DNA of 64,000 nucleotides from Octopus vulgaris (Eukaryota). The notes under the pieces were generated by a model, which was not told the origin of the DNA, did no database searches, and saw nothing but the letters and a program-made list of their open reading frames with translations. The stretch spans positions 114,886,001 through 114,950,000 of the forward strand of contig OX597814.1 of assembly GCA_951406725.2 (NCBI GenBank). The letters are read 5' to 3'. The translations under genes were made by a program, and so were the position numbers. This document shows positions 12,221-25,380 of this stretch, piece by piece; position 1 is the first letter of the stretch, and each line of letters opens with the position of its first letter.

Positions 12221-12411
12221 ATCACCACCGGCGATTTTTTTTCCCTCTGTCTTCCCTTCTCGGGATCTTTCCTTCTCCTATGTTTCCGACGAAGAGCTCC
12301 GCTCGAAACGTTAAACCCTCCTTCTTCCCTTCTTTCCTGAGCGTCCAATAATACTCTATTTGTTCCACGTCCTTGCGTTGTTGTGTTTTTTGTTTTCTTG
12401 TTTGGATTAAC
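12221..12411 (+). mobile_element. Short Penelope-like non-autonomous element inserted in a TA tract
   Basis: 190-bp island within ~1.3 kb of TA repeats; homologous copies at 5392 (-) and 38283 (+); contains a hammerhead-like motif. Confidence 0.65.
12282..12316 (+). ncRNA. Minimal type-I hammerhead ribozyme-like motif
   Basis: GTTT-CCGACGA-A-GAGC(TCC)GCTC-GAAA-CG-TT-AAAC: stem I GTTT/AAAC, stem II GAGC/GCTC, palindromic AACGTT stem III; core CCGACGA differs from CUGANGA at one position. Confidence 0.6.
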
Positions 12412-12686
12412 TATGTATATATATATATGTATATATATATATATGTATATATATGTATATATATATGTATATGTATATATGTATATGTATATATGTATAT
12501 GTATATATATATATGTATATATATATGTATATGTATATATATATGTATATATATATATATATATGTATATGTATATATGTATATGTATATATATATATGT
12601 ATATATATGTATATGTATATATATGTATATGTATATGTATATATATGTATATGTATATATATGTATATGTATATGTATATATATGT

Positions 12687-12732
<46 letters not shown>

Positions 12733-12866
12733 GTATATGTATATATATATATATGTATATGTATATATATATGTATATGTATATATATATGTATATGTAT
12801 ATATATGTATATATATATGTATATGTATATATATATATGTATATATATATACACATATATATATAG

Positions 12867-12904
<38 letters not shown>

Positions 12905-12915
12905 GCATGTATGTG
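12412..12915. repeat. Long (TA)n/TATG compound microsatellite
   Basis: Directly visible. Confidence 0.95.
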
Positions 12916-13629
12916 TGCATATATTCACATGTACAAAAATACTCTTACTCATTTATTCATACGTTATCTGTCTTTAATATATCTAGGTATTTATATCTAC
13001 ATGTGCGTGTGTGTATGAATACATACATTATATGTATACATATATACATTTACACACACTAACTCTTATACGCGTGTATATACATATAGGTATGTTTATT
13101 ATTCTGTTACAATATATGGAAAAATTATTTTATAATTACAAACATGCCTACATCTGTATATCTAGTCCGTGCATTTCAACGATGTTTATATTTATCATAC
13201 ATTTATTTATACATTATCGTTCTCTTCTGAGACAACCATAGAAACTGGGAACCTAGAATGGTTTCAATGCTAATATAATAACAGTCTCTATTTTCATGTT
13301 CAACAATATAAAATAATAATAATTCTTGATAAATATCACGATTCGATAATGTAAATGGTTACTTTGAATTTATCCAAAACCATTTTCCAGAAATATCCAG
13401 CGTCGGCTAATTTTAGTTCTTGAATCTGTAAAAGTTCTCTCCTCTCAGCATAATGTGCACATCCTTGTGATGCTTATCCATTGCGCGGCGCCTTGGTTTG
13501 ATCGATGTCTACTAGAGCGTCAACACGACCAAAACGATAAAAGATACAAACATGGCTATTTAGTTTAAATTCCTGTGAAGGAATTTAACAAAAATGCAAA
13601 CAGCAATGCACTCTTATGAGGCAGATAAG

Positions 13630-13875
13630 ATAAAGCAAGGAATATACTTATGGTCCTTTGCTTCCAAACTTATAATTGATCTGCAAAAGTTATAAGTTTA
13701 CACCTTTACCTATAATCATTGAAGCACTTGGCTATGTTTGTAAACGTTTAAGTCATTGCATTACTAGGAAAAGCCATGGTTTTCGTATAAAGAAAGGGAC
13801 CATGTAACTAATATTCTAAAAATGCAATCTGTATATGAAAGGATACCCAAGACGGTTCTGAAATTTAAGATGCAA
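13630..13875 (+). pseudogene. Decayed C-terminus of RLE-type (R4-like) non-LTR retrotransposon ORF
   Basis: Translation KEYTYGPLLPNL*LICKSYKFTPLPIIIEALGYV resembles the RLE K..kY..L...PiiiGalG motif. Confidence 0.45.
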
Positions 13876-14015
13876 TTTCATTCTGTAGCATTTATCTAAA
13901 TTTCAGTGATAGAGTTTTATTTATTAAGTTGAAAAAGACCATTTCTTTACAGAAAGAAATTAAACAATAAAATAATGAATATAGCCACATGCACACATAC
14001 AGAGTTGTTTTTTTA

Positions 14016-14393
14016 GCATGGCTGTGTAGTTAAGATGCTCGCTTTGCAACCGCGAGGTTTCGGGTTCAGTCCTACAGTGCAGCACTTTGGGGGAGATGTC
14101 CTGTATTATAGCTTTGGTTTCATCAACGTATTGTGAGGTAATTTGATAAACGGAAGCTGTAAAAGACCATTGTGTGTCGTTGTATTCGCCTTTGTGCGTT
14201 TACCCCACCACCACTGATTGACAACTGGTGTTGATTCGTTTACGTTCCGGAAACTTAGCTGTTCGGCAATAGAAACCGATAGAATATGTACTAGACTTTG
14301 AAAATGACCACTAGATTCGATTTCGTCGACAAAACCCTTCAAGGTGAAACCCCAGCATGGCTACATTCAAAGTTGTGAAATAAGCAAAAGAAA
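14016..14393 (+). mobile_element. SINE family A, diverged
   Basis: GGCTGTGTAGTTAAGA head; GTTCGGCAATAGAAACCGATAGAATA; CCCCAGCATGGC tail. Confidence 0.85.
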
Positions 14394-15110
14394 AACACAC
14401 GCACGCACGCACACGCGCGCGCATTGATTTTTTAGTGAGTTATGTTGTGATACACAAGCATAAAAGTGCAGCCTGATATATTTTCTTAAGAGTAAAATAA
14501 ACAAGTTTAATTGTCTAAATCCTAACGTCGACTGCACGAAACATTATCGGTCCTAATATGGAATTCTGTTTGCCTTACCCTTGAAAATACAAGCATATAT
14601 AAACATACATAAAAATACCTTTAATTACACCAAAGTCTTATTCTTCTGTTAGACTCGTGTATTGTTCCCTCTTATGTTAGCTATGATTGATTAATTATCA
14701 GATGGTACTACAACCACGTGCAAACATTCTATCTTTTTAAGGCACCATGTATCTGCGCCTATAATATCCAATCTTGTTTGATGACATAATGAGGTACTAT
14801 GAGGGAAATCTCTCTGATATTTATAACAGATCTAGTGAACTAACTGTTCTATGGCTGACTTGTAGGTAAATCATGAATGTTTGTCACATGATACGATATG
14901 ACGGTATGATCTTGTCCAGGTTTTCTTGTCAACTATCTGAAATTATGAAATCAATGTTATAATAAGGCAAGGCCACCGCACGAAATAAGATTTTATCATT
15001 GCATTCATTCATAAAAAATATCTTACGACAAGATAATTACTTTTGTTGTTTTCAATTATTTTCAAAATCTATTATTTTTAGATTTTATTACAATCGTATA
15101 ACTATTTCGA

Positions 15111-15580
15111 TGGCAGACTGGCAGAACCGTTAGCTTCTCGATTATTTGTCTAGATTCTTTGCAATTTTAATTCAAATCTCGCCAACATTGCCTATGTCTT
15201 TTATGCCTTCAAAGTCGATACAATAATGTACCCGTTTACGGCATTCCTTCGATGTAACTCGACAAAATCAAAACATTTCACTTCGAGTATTTCCGTGGGA
15301 TGTGGAGTATAGATATAACGAAATTATGCCAGCAATGTCTCATTTTAAACTTGAAGAAAAAAAGCCTGCATATATGTTCTTACCCGTTTCATGTGTGTAT
15401 GTAAAATCCGCAAATTTCCAAGCAGAAAATAGAATCGAACTGTTATTTGCTTCCACGGAAATAACCGAAGTGAAATGTTTTGATTTTGTTGATTTATATC
15501 GAAGGAATGCTCAGTCTACTGTGTAAGTCGATTAAGTCGAATATTCCCCCCGCCAAAATTGCTGGTCTTGCGACTCGATT
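15111..15580 (+). mobile_element. Decayed SINE family B interrupted by a MITE
   Basis: CTGGCAGAACCGTTAGC..TTCAAATC..GTCGATA left of the insert; GTCGAT..CAAAATTGCTGGTCTTG right of it. Confidence 0.65.
15241..15510. mobile_element. MITE-like element with ~60-bp terminal inverted repeats
   Basis: 15241-15300 GCATTCCTTCGAT..TTTCCGTGGGA is the near-perfect reverse complement of 15451-15510. Confidence 0.85.
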
Positions 15581-15721
15581 CGAGGCTTTCATATATATAT
15601 GATTCCTTACATAAGAACAAGTTGTCTCACTTTTGTGGAAAGGGAACTAGAGATTGTATTAATACTAATACTTAACAGGTGCTAGAATTAATTTAATCGA
15701 TAGTACTTGATTGGCGAAAAT

Positions 15722-16040
15722 GCATGTGGCTTAATGGTTAGGAGATTTGGCTCACAATCGTTAGGACGTGAGTTCGATTCCCAGTGATGTATTGTGCCAC
15801 TGAGAAAGACACTTTATTTCACCTTGTTGCAGCCCATTCAGCTGACAAAAAATATTTATATCTGTATTTCAAAGGGCCAGCCCTGTCACACTCCGTGTCC
15901 CACTGAATCTCCCTGAGAACTAGATTAAGGGTTCACGTGTCTGTGGAGTGCTCAGCTACTTGTACGTTAATTTCACGAGCAGGCTGTTCCATTCATCGGA
16001 TCAACTGGAACTCTCGTAGTCGTAACCGACGGAGTGCTAA
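15722..16040 (+). mobile_element. SINE family C (tRNA-derived)
   Basis: A box TGGCTTAATGG, B box GAGTTCGATTCC, tail CGTAACCGACGGAGTGC. Confidence 0.88.
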
Positions 16041-16560
16041 CTACATGACAGATGCATAATTTATTTCTCTCAGAAGGGTGAAATATAAAGTTGACCTTGA
16101 CAAGATTTGAAACTCAGATCTTGATGAACTTTACTGAATACCACGAAGCAGTTTGCCAAACACTCTTACAGTTCTACCAATCCAATCGTGCAGCAGTTTT
16201 AAAACAATACTTATGAAGAAGGATAATTGTTAATCTTAATCTGTAAACGTCTAGAGGTTATGGATGTTTTGAAAATATACCTAGAATGATTACTAGTTTG
16301 TATTTTTTTTTATTTTACTTGTAATGTGTGTTGCTCTTGTTTTGTTTATTCAAAACTGATTTCCTGAAGATAATCCAATGATTATCAAGCAACATATATT
16401 TGATCCAAGTTCTAAAATATCATCCGAGAAAGTATTCTAATTTTTAATTCGTTGGTAGTGGATAAATATTTATATTCTTAAACAGGATTTCTATCTTTGC
16501 ATCGCTAAAACTTGGCAACGGATGAGGATAAATATTTCTTAATATGTTATTACTAAAGTA

Positions 16561-16700
16561 AGGCGGTGTGCTGGTAGAATTGTTAGCACGCTAGGAAAAG
16601 TGCCGCAATGTATTTTGCCTGCCCGGCTTTAACTTCTGATTGCAAATTCCGCCGATGTCGACTCTATCTTTCATCGATAAAATAGGTAGCAGTTTAACTA
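16561..16700 (+). mobile_element. SINE family B 5' part, decayed
   Basis: AGGCGGTGTGCTGGTAGAATTGTTAGCACG..CAAATTCCGCCGATGTCGAC. Confidence 0.75.
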
Positions 16701-16704
16701 TAGG

Positions 16705-17012
16705 GTTACGACGACAAATGTTCTAGACAAAGGTTCCGATCAACAGAACAGGCTGCGCGAAAATCAATGTACAAATGACTGAGCACTCTACAGACATCTT
16801 CACCTTAATGCAGTTCTCAGAAATGATTCAGTGTGACACAGGATGTGACAAGGTTGGCCCTTTCAATTACAGTTACTACTCAGTTTTGTCAGCTGAGTGG
16901 ACTGGAGCAACGTGAAATAAAGTGTCTTGCTCAAGGACTCAACACACTGCTCGGTATCGAATCCACGACCTTAGGATCATGAACCGAATACAGTTACCAC
17001 TAAGCCACGCCC
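16705..17012 (-). mobile_element. SINE family C
   Basis: Reverse complement homolog of 15722-16040. Confidence 0.88.
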
Positions 17013-17077
17013 TTTCATACATACAAGAAAATCCTTCGCACAGATACACACTCTGATAGCCATACTAGTAATATGTT

Positions 17078-17308
17078 TATTTCTTTATTACCAACAGGGG
17101 GCTAAACCTAGAGGCGACAAACAAGGACAGACAAAGGAATTAAGTCGATTACACTGATATCAGTGCGTAACTGGTACTTATTTAATCGACCCCAAAAGGA
17201 TGAAAGGCAAAGTCGACCTCGGCGACTTTGAACTCAGAACGTAGCAGCAGACAAAATACCACAAAGCATTTCGCCCAGTGTGCTAACGATTCTGCCAGCT
17301 CGCCGCCC
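17078..17308 (-). mobile_element. SINE family B monomer (long-tail type)
   Basis: AAAGTCGACCTCGGCG..TTTGAACTCAGAACGTA..CTGCCAGCTCGCCGCC. Confidence 0.9.
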
Positions 17309-17326
17309 TAATACTAATAATATATT

Positions 17327-17534
17327 CTTTTCTACTCGAGGCACAAGGTCCAAAATTTGGGGGGAGGGGCCAGTCGATTAGATCGACCCCAGTACGTAAC
17401 TAGTACTTAAATTTATCGAAAGGATGAAAGGCAAAGTTGACCTCGGTGGAATTTGAATTCAGAACGTAACAGCAGACGAAATACTGCTTAGCATTTCGCT
17501 CGGCACGCTAACTATTTTACCAACTCGCCGCCTT
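17327..17534 (-). mobile_element. SINE family B monomer with 18-bp TSD
   Basis: TAATACTAATAATATATT at 17309-17326 and 17535-17552. Confidence 0.9.
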
Positions 17535-19453
17535 TAATACTAATAATATATTAAAAAGCATATTATCTCTGCATTTCATTCATTATCTTTCTCTCTCCCT
17601 CTTCTGTTTTGCCTTCTCTCTTCCAGAGAATGTTCATTATTATTTTTTATATATATACGATAGCGATTATGTTTCTTTCCTTTATATTCGATCGTTATGT
17701 CGCATTAATTCATCTTTTCTTTTCTTTTAACGTTTATTTCTTCCATTGTGTTTATCTTATGTTTGATTTAATTTAGATAAACAGTTCATTTTTTTTTGAC
17801 GTGATTTCACCTAAGCTGATAATTTTCCATTACAATCCATCATTATTAGATGTATTAAAAATATTCTCATTTAGTACTAAGATACTTTGTACAACACTTA
17901 ATATCATAATATATATAAAATAAAAAATATACAGAATTGTAACATAAAACTGAAAACAATGATTACTTCGGTTGCAAATTTTAAAATATTATCTTAATGA
18001 AAGAGAGTTTGGTATCTCTTTTTCTATAGCACACATCTCGAGCCATCTTAAAACCATCAAGACTACAAAATGGTTGTATTTGATGCCATAAATACAACAT
18101 ATTAGCTTAATCTTGTGACCTGAGAAATAAATATGTTTGGGTTCCTTTTTATGTATTTTACATACTTTATTCTTTATGTCCAAGGAAGCCCTCCATCAAA
18201 AAAGGAATCTTGAGATTAAAGAAATTCCAGATCTGATCTTGCTATCATTGTTTAGGAGACAATGCACATTGGACCAAATCATTAAATATGACCTTCATTG
18301 ACTATGGAAGTTGGGTGACGTTTACGTGAGATTTTACTGATTTTACACCAGATGGCCTTGTAGAAGTTTTCTGGTTGGCTCAATTTTCGTTTAAAGTGAA
18401 GTGATGGCGAAACTCATTGTCTCACAGACGTAGGAATATTATCACTGCTGTTTATCTTTTCATTCGGAATGGAGAATCTACAGCTAGGCTACTTGATAGA
18501 CTGCAATCTCCTCAAATATAACTATGAGAGACGTTACAAAATTAATTCTGTAAAGAACATTAGCCATTGCTAACTATGTATTAGTAGGTGGACTGAGTCA
18601 CTTGAATATATTGGCTATAGATTCAGCATAGTGTTCCTGTCAAAATATTATTTACCAATTATTCACCTGTTTGTCAGACTATATATAGCTATAAGATTTG
18701 ACATCATTTTCAGTTTTAAAGGAATGCTAAAACTGTCTTAGTATTAAAACTTATTAATATTTAATGAAACCATTTTAGAAATCGATCAGATTGGTTTTAA
18801 CTTCTTGTAAATTGCATATTTCATTTCAATTTCTCTCCTGTATGTACAGACCCATACATTCTTACAGAAATATAGGAGTATATGTGTATAAATGGCTGTC
18901 TTGGTTTGGTCATGCATGTGTGCGCACGCATGTGTATGAAAATAAAGAACCTCTATGCATTAACAGAAATTAAACGTAACTAAATATTTAAAACTGATTT
19001 TGAATGATGAGTGATGACAAACAAGTTTTCATTAAAAAATCACGAACTCGATTAATCAATCACAGTAAACAAAATGTCATTGCAGATTCTTCTATTCTTA
19101 TTATTTTCGTCTATTGAAATTCTTTTCCCCAATCAATAAGTGCTAAATTTGCCAGGTTTTCAAAACTTTTATCCACAACTTTCTTGATTTGTAGTAGCAT
19201 TGGTCAACTTTAATATTTCCTAACTTGCAAATTTTCAAATAGAGAAAGTCTCTTTTCAAATTTATTTGCGAAATATATTCATGAAGTCATGTAACCACAG
19301 ACGGGAAATATAAATGTTTGCATATGAGTTTTGTAATGTCTGTACGGTGTCATTAAATGGATTGACTATAAATTCATTGCCTTTATCTTCTTCGCTGTGA
19401 CAGTTCATTTCTATATATTGAATTCATTGAAAACAAAATGAAGTTTTATAAAT

Positions 19454-19836
19454 GGTGAGGCGTGGCTGTGTCGTAAGAGCTTTATTTACCAACCACATGA
19501 CTCTTGGTGCAGTCCTACTGCCTGGCACCTTGGGCAAGTGTCTTCTACTATAGCCTTGAGCCGACCAAATCCTTGTGAGTAGGTTTGGTAGAGGAAATTA
19601 AAGAAGCCCTTCGTATATATTTGTGTGTGTGTTTGTATGTGGCTTTGTGTATGTGTTTGTCCCCCACCACTGCTTGACAATCGGTGTTGGTGTGTTTACG
19701 TTCGTAATTTTGCAAGTCGGCAAAAGAGACCGATAGAATAAGTGCTAGATTTAAAAATAATAAATCCTTGGGTCGATTTGTTCGACTAAAACCCTTCAAG
19801 TCGGTGCCCCAGCACTGAAACAAGTGAACGATAAAG
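19454..19836 (+). mobile_element. SINE family A
   Basis: Colinear with 45664-46096. Confidence 0.9.
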
Positions 19837-21023
19837 GATATTCCATTGAAATGATCTTAGTTTAACTTCGTTTATCTTTGGTTCACGGAACCGGAATGAC
19901 ACGCTACGAAAATGTGAACCTTATCACGAATTGATCTCTGATAACACAGGTCAGTAATCAATCAAATGTTCTACTTGGACCGCAAATGTGCGTCCCAGTG
20001 ACCATTTAAAATGCGAAGGACGACTTGTGATTTCAAATCGAAACCTCCTTTCCGCGTATATTTTATTATTTATTTAACACTGATTCTTTTACAATTTTTT
20101 AAACCTAACACCCGTGGCAAACCATGACAGACGTATTGTATTTGTTGTTGTTGACTTCCTCAGAGTAGCACCGTTTAGGCCGTAAAACACTCCTTTTATC
20201 TTTAGACATAATATATCTTGGGATATAATTTCTAATGTCTACTTCATTTGTAAAACAGTACAGTGGGAACCGAAGATGACTTGAACGTTGATTCTGCTGG
20301 TACTTAAACTCTTAAATGTAGCAGAAAGCTAAAAGCTGCTAGGAATTTAGTCTGTATAGCTATACCATTATCTTATTTCTACTGAAGTTATAAGGAGGAT
20401 GACCAAAGTATATCATTTGTTGATCTATTGGTCCTCAAACCTGAAAGGAAATGCAGCCATTATTAATCACAAATTTGATTTCCCATGTTACCTTATTCCA
20501 TGTCCAGCTTGTATATTTATTGTATCTTAACCTCTGACAAAAAAAAGCACCACATTCAAACAGTTACTTCGTTATATACTTAAATTTCTACTGAAATACT
20601 ACATTTACAATTTCATATATTTTATCTATCAACGGTTTTAAATGGCTTATCAAAAAGCATTGCTCGACTTGTAACTGTGATACAAGATATTTGCCTAAGG
20701 TTTCATAGAGTGAGACCAAATCCTAAAATTACGTGTTTCAGAAGCGATTTAAAAAAAATAATTTTATTGTACTTTATAGGGTTACGACTTTATTGTACTT
20801 TTAAAATGCTTATATTATTTTATTATTATATTGGATATAACTTTCTATGTGTATTCCATACAATAAGGTTGTCGTGAAATAGGGGTTGCAGTTCTATTGG
20901 TAAAATACCAATTTTGTAATAATATTATAAATGATAATGTTTACATTGCATTAGTAAAGTGTAAAATAGTAAATGTCCTGATAACCTGGAATACTTATTA
21001 TTCCCTACGGTTTAAAAATATTC

Positions 21024-21072
<49 letters not shown>

Positions 21073-21807
21073 TTCTCATGAATTAAACATAATACATACT
21101 GTTATATGATCATGTATATCTGAAGATGAATATGTATTTATGATAGATAAAGTAGCTTCTGGTGTGGTGTTCACACTTGAATAAGCTGTAAAATTCTGAA
21201 AAATTGTTTTACTTCACTTTCGACGCTAATGCTCTCTCGGGAGCCACAGACATCTAATCCCTTTATATGATCATATTCTTATGGTGTCCATAAAAGCAGG
21301 AGAACAGGATATTACATTAATCAAATCCATTAAAATAAATACATAATGAGATTTCTGCTTTCCTAAACGTTTCCCTCATGTGAACGAGCTTTGCTTGAAT
21401 TATCAAAATGGAATTGATGGTTTCAGTTCTGCGTGTCTGCAAGCATTTCACGAAAACAGACTTCGTGACCAGCATGATGAAAAACGGGTAGATTTAATAA
21501 TCTACCGACTTAAAAATATTTCTGTTTCCAAATATTAATATTCTAGGTGTTTTAACGCTCCGCAAACATTAAGGGGTTGATGTGTACAGGTCATTTTGAA
21601 GGAGGTATCGATATCTCACCATATTGTTTCTCATATTGTTATGTGGCATAAAACAAAAAGAGGGAGAAAAAAGGATCGATTAGAAATTTCTACACTGGTC
21701 ACAATATAATAGCTCAGTGAATGAGATCATTTTTAATAATTCCAAGAGTTAAAATATGCTAAAAGTAAAGTAAAAATAAAGTAAAAGGATATTAGTTCGT
21801 GATATAT

Positions 21808-22025
21808 ATTGCTTTCAAATTTTCGCACAAAGCCAGCAATTTCGGGCGAGTGGGTAAGTCGATTGCATCAAACCCCACCAGTACTCAATTGGTCCTTATT
21901 GTACCGATCTCGAACGGATGAAAGGCAAAATCGTCCTTGACGGAATTTTTACTCAGAACGTAAAGACGGATGAAATGCCGCTAAGCATTTCTACCGGCGT
22001 ACTAGCGACTCGGCCAACTCGCCGC
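21808..22025 (-). mobile_element. SINE family B monomer, diverged
   Basis: GGATGAAAGGCAAA..ACTCAGAACGTAAAGACG..GCCGCTAAGCATTTC..CTCGCCGC. Confidence 0.85.
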
Positions 22026-23283
22026 ATTAGTTGATGGTGTAAATTACGACGTTGGGGGAAAACTCCGAATATTTAAGCTGTATTAGTGTCGTTGCGAGCC
22101 GAAAGTTTATCAATGGAATCACAAAGAATTTTATATATTCTTGTAAGGGAAAAGGAAATGTTAAAAAAATAATATATTCCATATGTCCCTGCATCATCTA
22201 TACGAAATGTAAAAAATAAGATGTAATAAAATAGCCGAAAGTATTTCCCTTTTGTAACATGAAAAGTAGTCAAATTAGGATAAGATGAAAAATAAAAGTA
22301 GTTGGCGACTGGTAACTTTTTTCATATTTGTCAAGTACGAAAGAAAGCTGAAAAACGTTTCACTCTATAGATACCACCTTCTGACAATGTACTTCTATAT
22401 AACTAATCGCGTCGAAACTCAATGAGAGAGCTTATCAGTTAAGCTTTGAAAACGAATAATACATTGCGGTTTCGTTCAATGAAAACGTCATGTAATTTTG
22501 TTTTCATTTGGACACGAATATTAGAAATAGAAAGCAAAATAGATAGATAGATGTAAGTTTTTCATATAATGTTTATACACTGACATGTCTTCGACATCAT
22601 ATCCTACTCTAACCACTTAGTTGTATACAGTTTTAAGTGTCTAGATATACAAAAAATTGTTTGAAGTATAAATAAGTATCGTCATAAAATAATCAATTTT
22701 ATAATTCCATTTTAATAATTGCAACATTTTCTCATCATGCATCGTTAGACATGTTATGGGGAATAACTAACTTCATCGACATCGGAAAACATGAATTTCC
22801 AGGGGTGTCAGTCCAGCAGAAAATCATTTTTCTTGAATAATTACACGAAATGATGCCTGATTTTTGCTTTTGCAAGGTGAGGAATGGAACTCAAGCAAAG
22901 CGTTACATTGATTTGACAGTAATTTGTTGATCACACGACGTTCCTTCACATTTTGTTAAAATCATTTACAGATTTTAAAAAAATAGCCATGAAGTATTGG
23001 TTGTCACATGGCCATGGGAATTTAAGGATATTCCAATAAGTCATATTACTTTATTGATTTATCTGATATCACATCAATTTTCAATACAAGTGAGATTTCT
23101 TTTAAAAAAAGTAATCACGTGAAATCAATAATTTTCCCCCATTAATTTCGTTGTCTCTCATCAACGTAATTTGCCTCCAGTTCATTTTTCATAATTCCAG
23201 TATCAAAGGCAACTTACAGTATCAACCTCATCATCAATAATACCAAAACACACGCAGACACATCTCACATACACAGGCACATA

Positions 23284-23336
<53 letters not shown>

Positions 23337-23634
23337 TGCATATATGCATATATATTTTCGTATATATGCATTATATAAATATATATATACGCGTATGTAG
23401 GTATTATATATGTACATGACACTGGCAACGTTCACCAAAGCAGAAATCTGCATCTGGTATACTTACAGCTGCTGCAAGGATGGTTTTCCTCTGCCTTTGA
23501 TATAGAATGTGTTTAAAATCATAAGTCCATAATATATTATTTCCAGATCAAGAGTGCAGTTATTCTGCTTTACGGGATCCATTTTATGTAATTTATGTTA
23601 AGGTTAACAGAAAAGTATTTCATCCAGTCACATG

Positions 23635-23890
23635 TGAAGGTGTATGATAAGCGCGTCGGGCTCACAATCATGAGGTAGTGAGTTCGATTCCTGGACTAGG
23701 CTGTGCGTTGTGTTTTTGAGCAAGGCACTTTATTTCACGCTGAACATGTTCACTCAGCTGTAGAAATGGGTTGTGATGTCACTGGTGCCAAGCTGATCGG
23801 CTTTTGTCTTTCCCTTGGATTACATAGGTAGCGTAGAGAGAAAAGGTTGCTATGCATGGACGACTGCTGGTCCTCCGTACACAACCTTTG
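23635..23890 (+). mobile_element. SINE with family C-type head, variant body
   Basis: GGCTCACAATCATGAGGTAGTGAGTTCGATTCC..TTGAGCAAGGCACTTTATTTCAC. Confidence 0.75.
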
Positions 23891-23966
23891 GAGGTCTTTA
23901 CCCTTTTACACTCTATTAAAATAAAAGGTGCTAATAGTTTCTTAACATTAAGACATGTGGTTAGCC

Positions 23967-24283
23967 ACGTAAAGTATAATAGCCATCTCAATATGGCTAA
24001 CCACAAAGGATGGGTGTTACTGTAGCTTTTAGCCCCAGAAGATCATTCTTCTCATCGTAAACCGGTGATTACCGCCCGTTGACAAGAGGCAACAACCTCG
24101 AAACTGCGGTCCGTGCGTATCACTTAGGCTTACGAGAGAGGGATGACCTGCCTTTGCAAATACATAAGGGCACAGATAGTGTGCCTAAAGCCAGCTGGAG
24201 TCGATGATCCCCTGGGGGTAAAAGCTACAGTAACACCCACCGTTTGTGGTTAACCATATTGAGATGGCTATTATACTTTACGT
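23967..24283. mobile_element. MITE-like element with ~70-bp terminal inverted repeats
   Basis: ACGTAAAGTATAATAGCCATCTCAATATGG..GTAGCTTTTAGCCCCAG pairs with CTGGGGGTAAAAGCTAC..GAGATGGCTATTATACTTTACGT. Confidence 0.88.
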
Positions 24284-24328
24284 TGTCGAGCGGTTACTGT
24301 TTACATCTCGTTCAGAGATTTATTATTG

Positions 24329-24406
<78 letters not shown>

Positions 24407-24442
24407 TATGTGTGTGTATGTATGTATGTATGTATGTATGTA

Positions 24443-24478
<36 letters not shown>

Positions 24479-24917
24479 CAATGTGTGTGTGTGTGTTTAC
24501 AAAAACTCGACATAAGCATTGTGCTATTAAAACAACATCTTGTTTAGCATAGTGATATGAAGATGAAAATATGTTACTCATGAACCGAAAATGGTATGAG
24601 AGCATCTCATACAATTTTAATCCGGGAATACAGTAAATAGATCTAACGTATCTTGGAAACATCGCTCATGAAAAAAAAAAGTAATGGTTAACAAGAGCAG
24701 AAGCAGAAAACGCATAATATTTGATATCTTACGTTAGTTACTAAAGATTTATCGAATATATATATGCATGTGTCGGGCAATATTTTCATATTGTTAAAAA
24801 AACACATAGCTGTCTAAGTAGTTTGTGAAGTATTTTACAGATTCAATAAAACGCTATATAAATTTTTAGCAATACATACGCAGGCGCGCGCGGACACACA
24901 TATATAATGTATCGTAT

Positions 24918-24956
<39 letters not shown>

Positions 24957-25224
24957 ATAAATAAGAATGGTGAATTCCACAATTTCTATTTGGGGCTTTA
25001 GCTAATAGGGTCTTCATATGTGAAGAAAAATTGTTTTATATTAATAGCAACACACTATATCGTTATTGTTATTGTTAATTTTTGTCCAGTTCCGGTGTTC
25101 CTTACATCTTATATATGAGAGTGGATTTTGTATGTATATTTAGAGTTGTATTGACAATATAACCATGATGTTCTGGTGATAACAAAATCAGGCCTTTTTT
25201 TAAAATTTGCATTAATTTATGAAT

Positions 25225-25380
25225 CTACGTGGCCTGATCAATAAGTATCCGGACTTTTTGCCTTAGTAACGAAGATAAAGCACACATAGTGAAGCCGCTT
25301 GTTACAGTTTGACTTTAAACTCAATTGTACATGCGCACTAAATTTTAACTTTCTAGTTCACTTCCACTGTTTACAGCAGA
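25225..25380 (+). mobile_element. Probable mariner-type terminal fragment
   Basis: TACGTGGCCTGATCAATAAGTATCCGGACT resembles mariner TIRs after a TA site; no partner TIR seen. Confidence 0.4.

Noticed and set aside
11459-13062. Long ORFs rich in YI/CV/HT dipeptides (also 5353-6017, 10609-11189, 54420-55374)
   Set aside because: Translations of stop-free microsatellites, not proteins
18010-18400. Possible ancient LINE RT remnant on minus strand (IKYN..LEMC)
   Set aside because: No core RT motif retained
22780-22950. Possible mariner transposase HTH remnant (and IVSCDK-like trace near 14880, minus)
   Set aside because: Too degenerate, multiple stops, no TIRs linked
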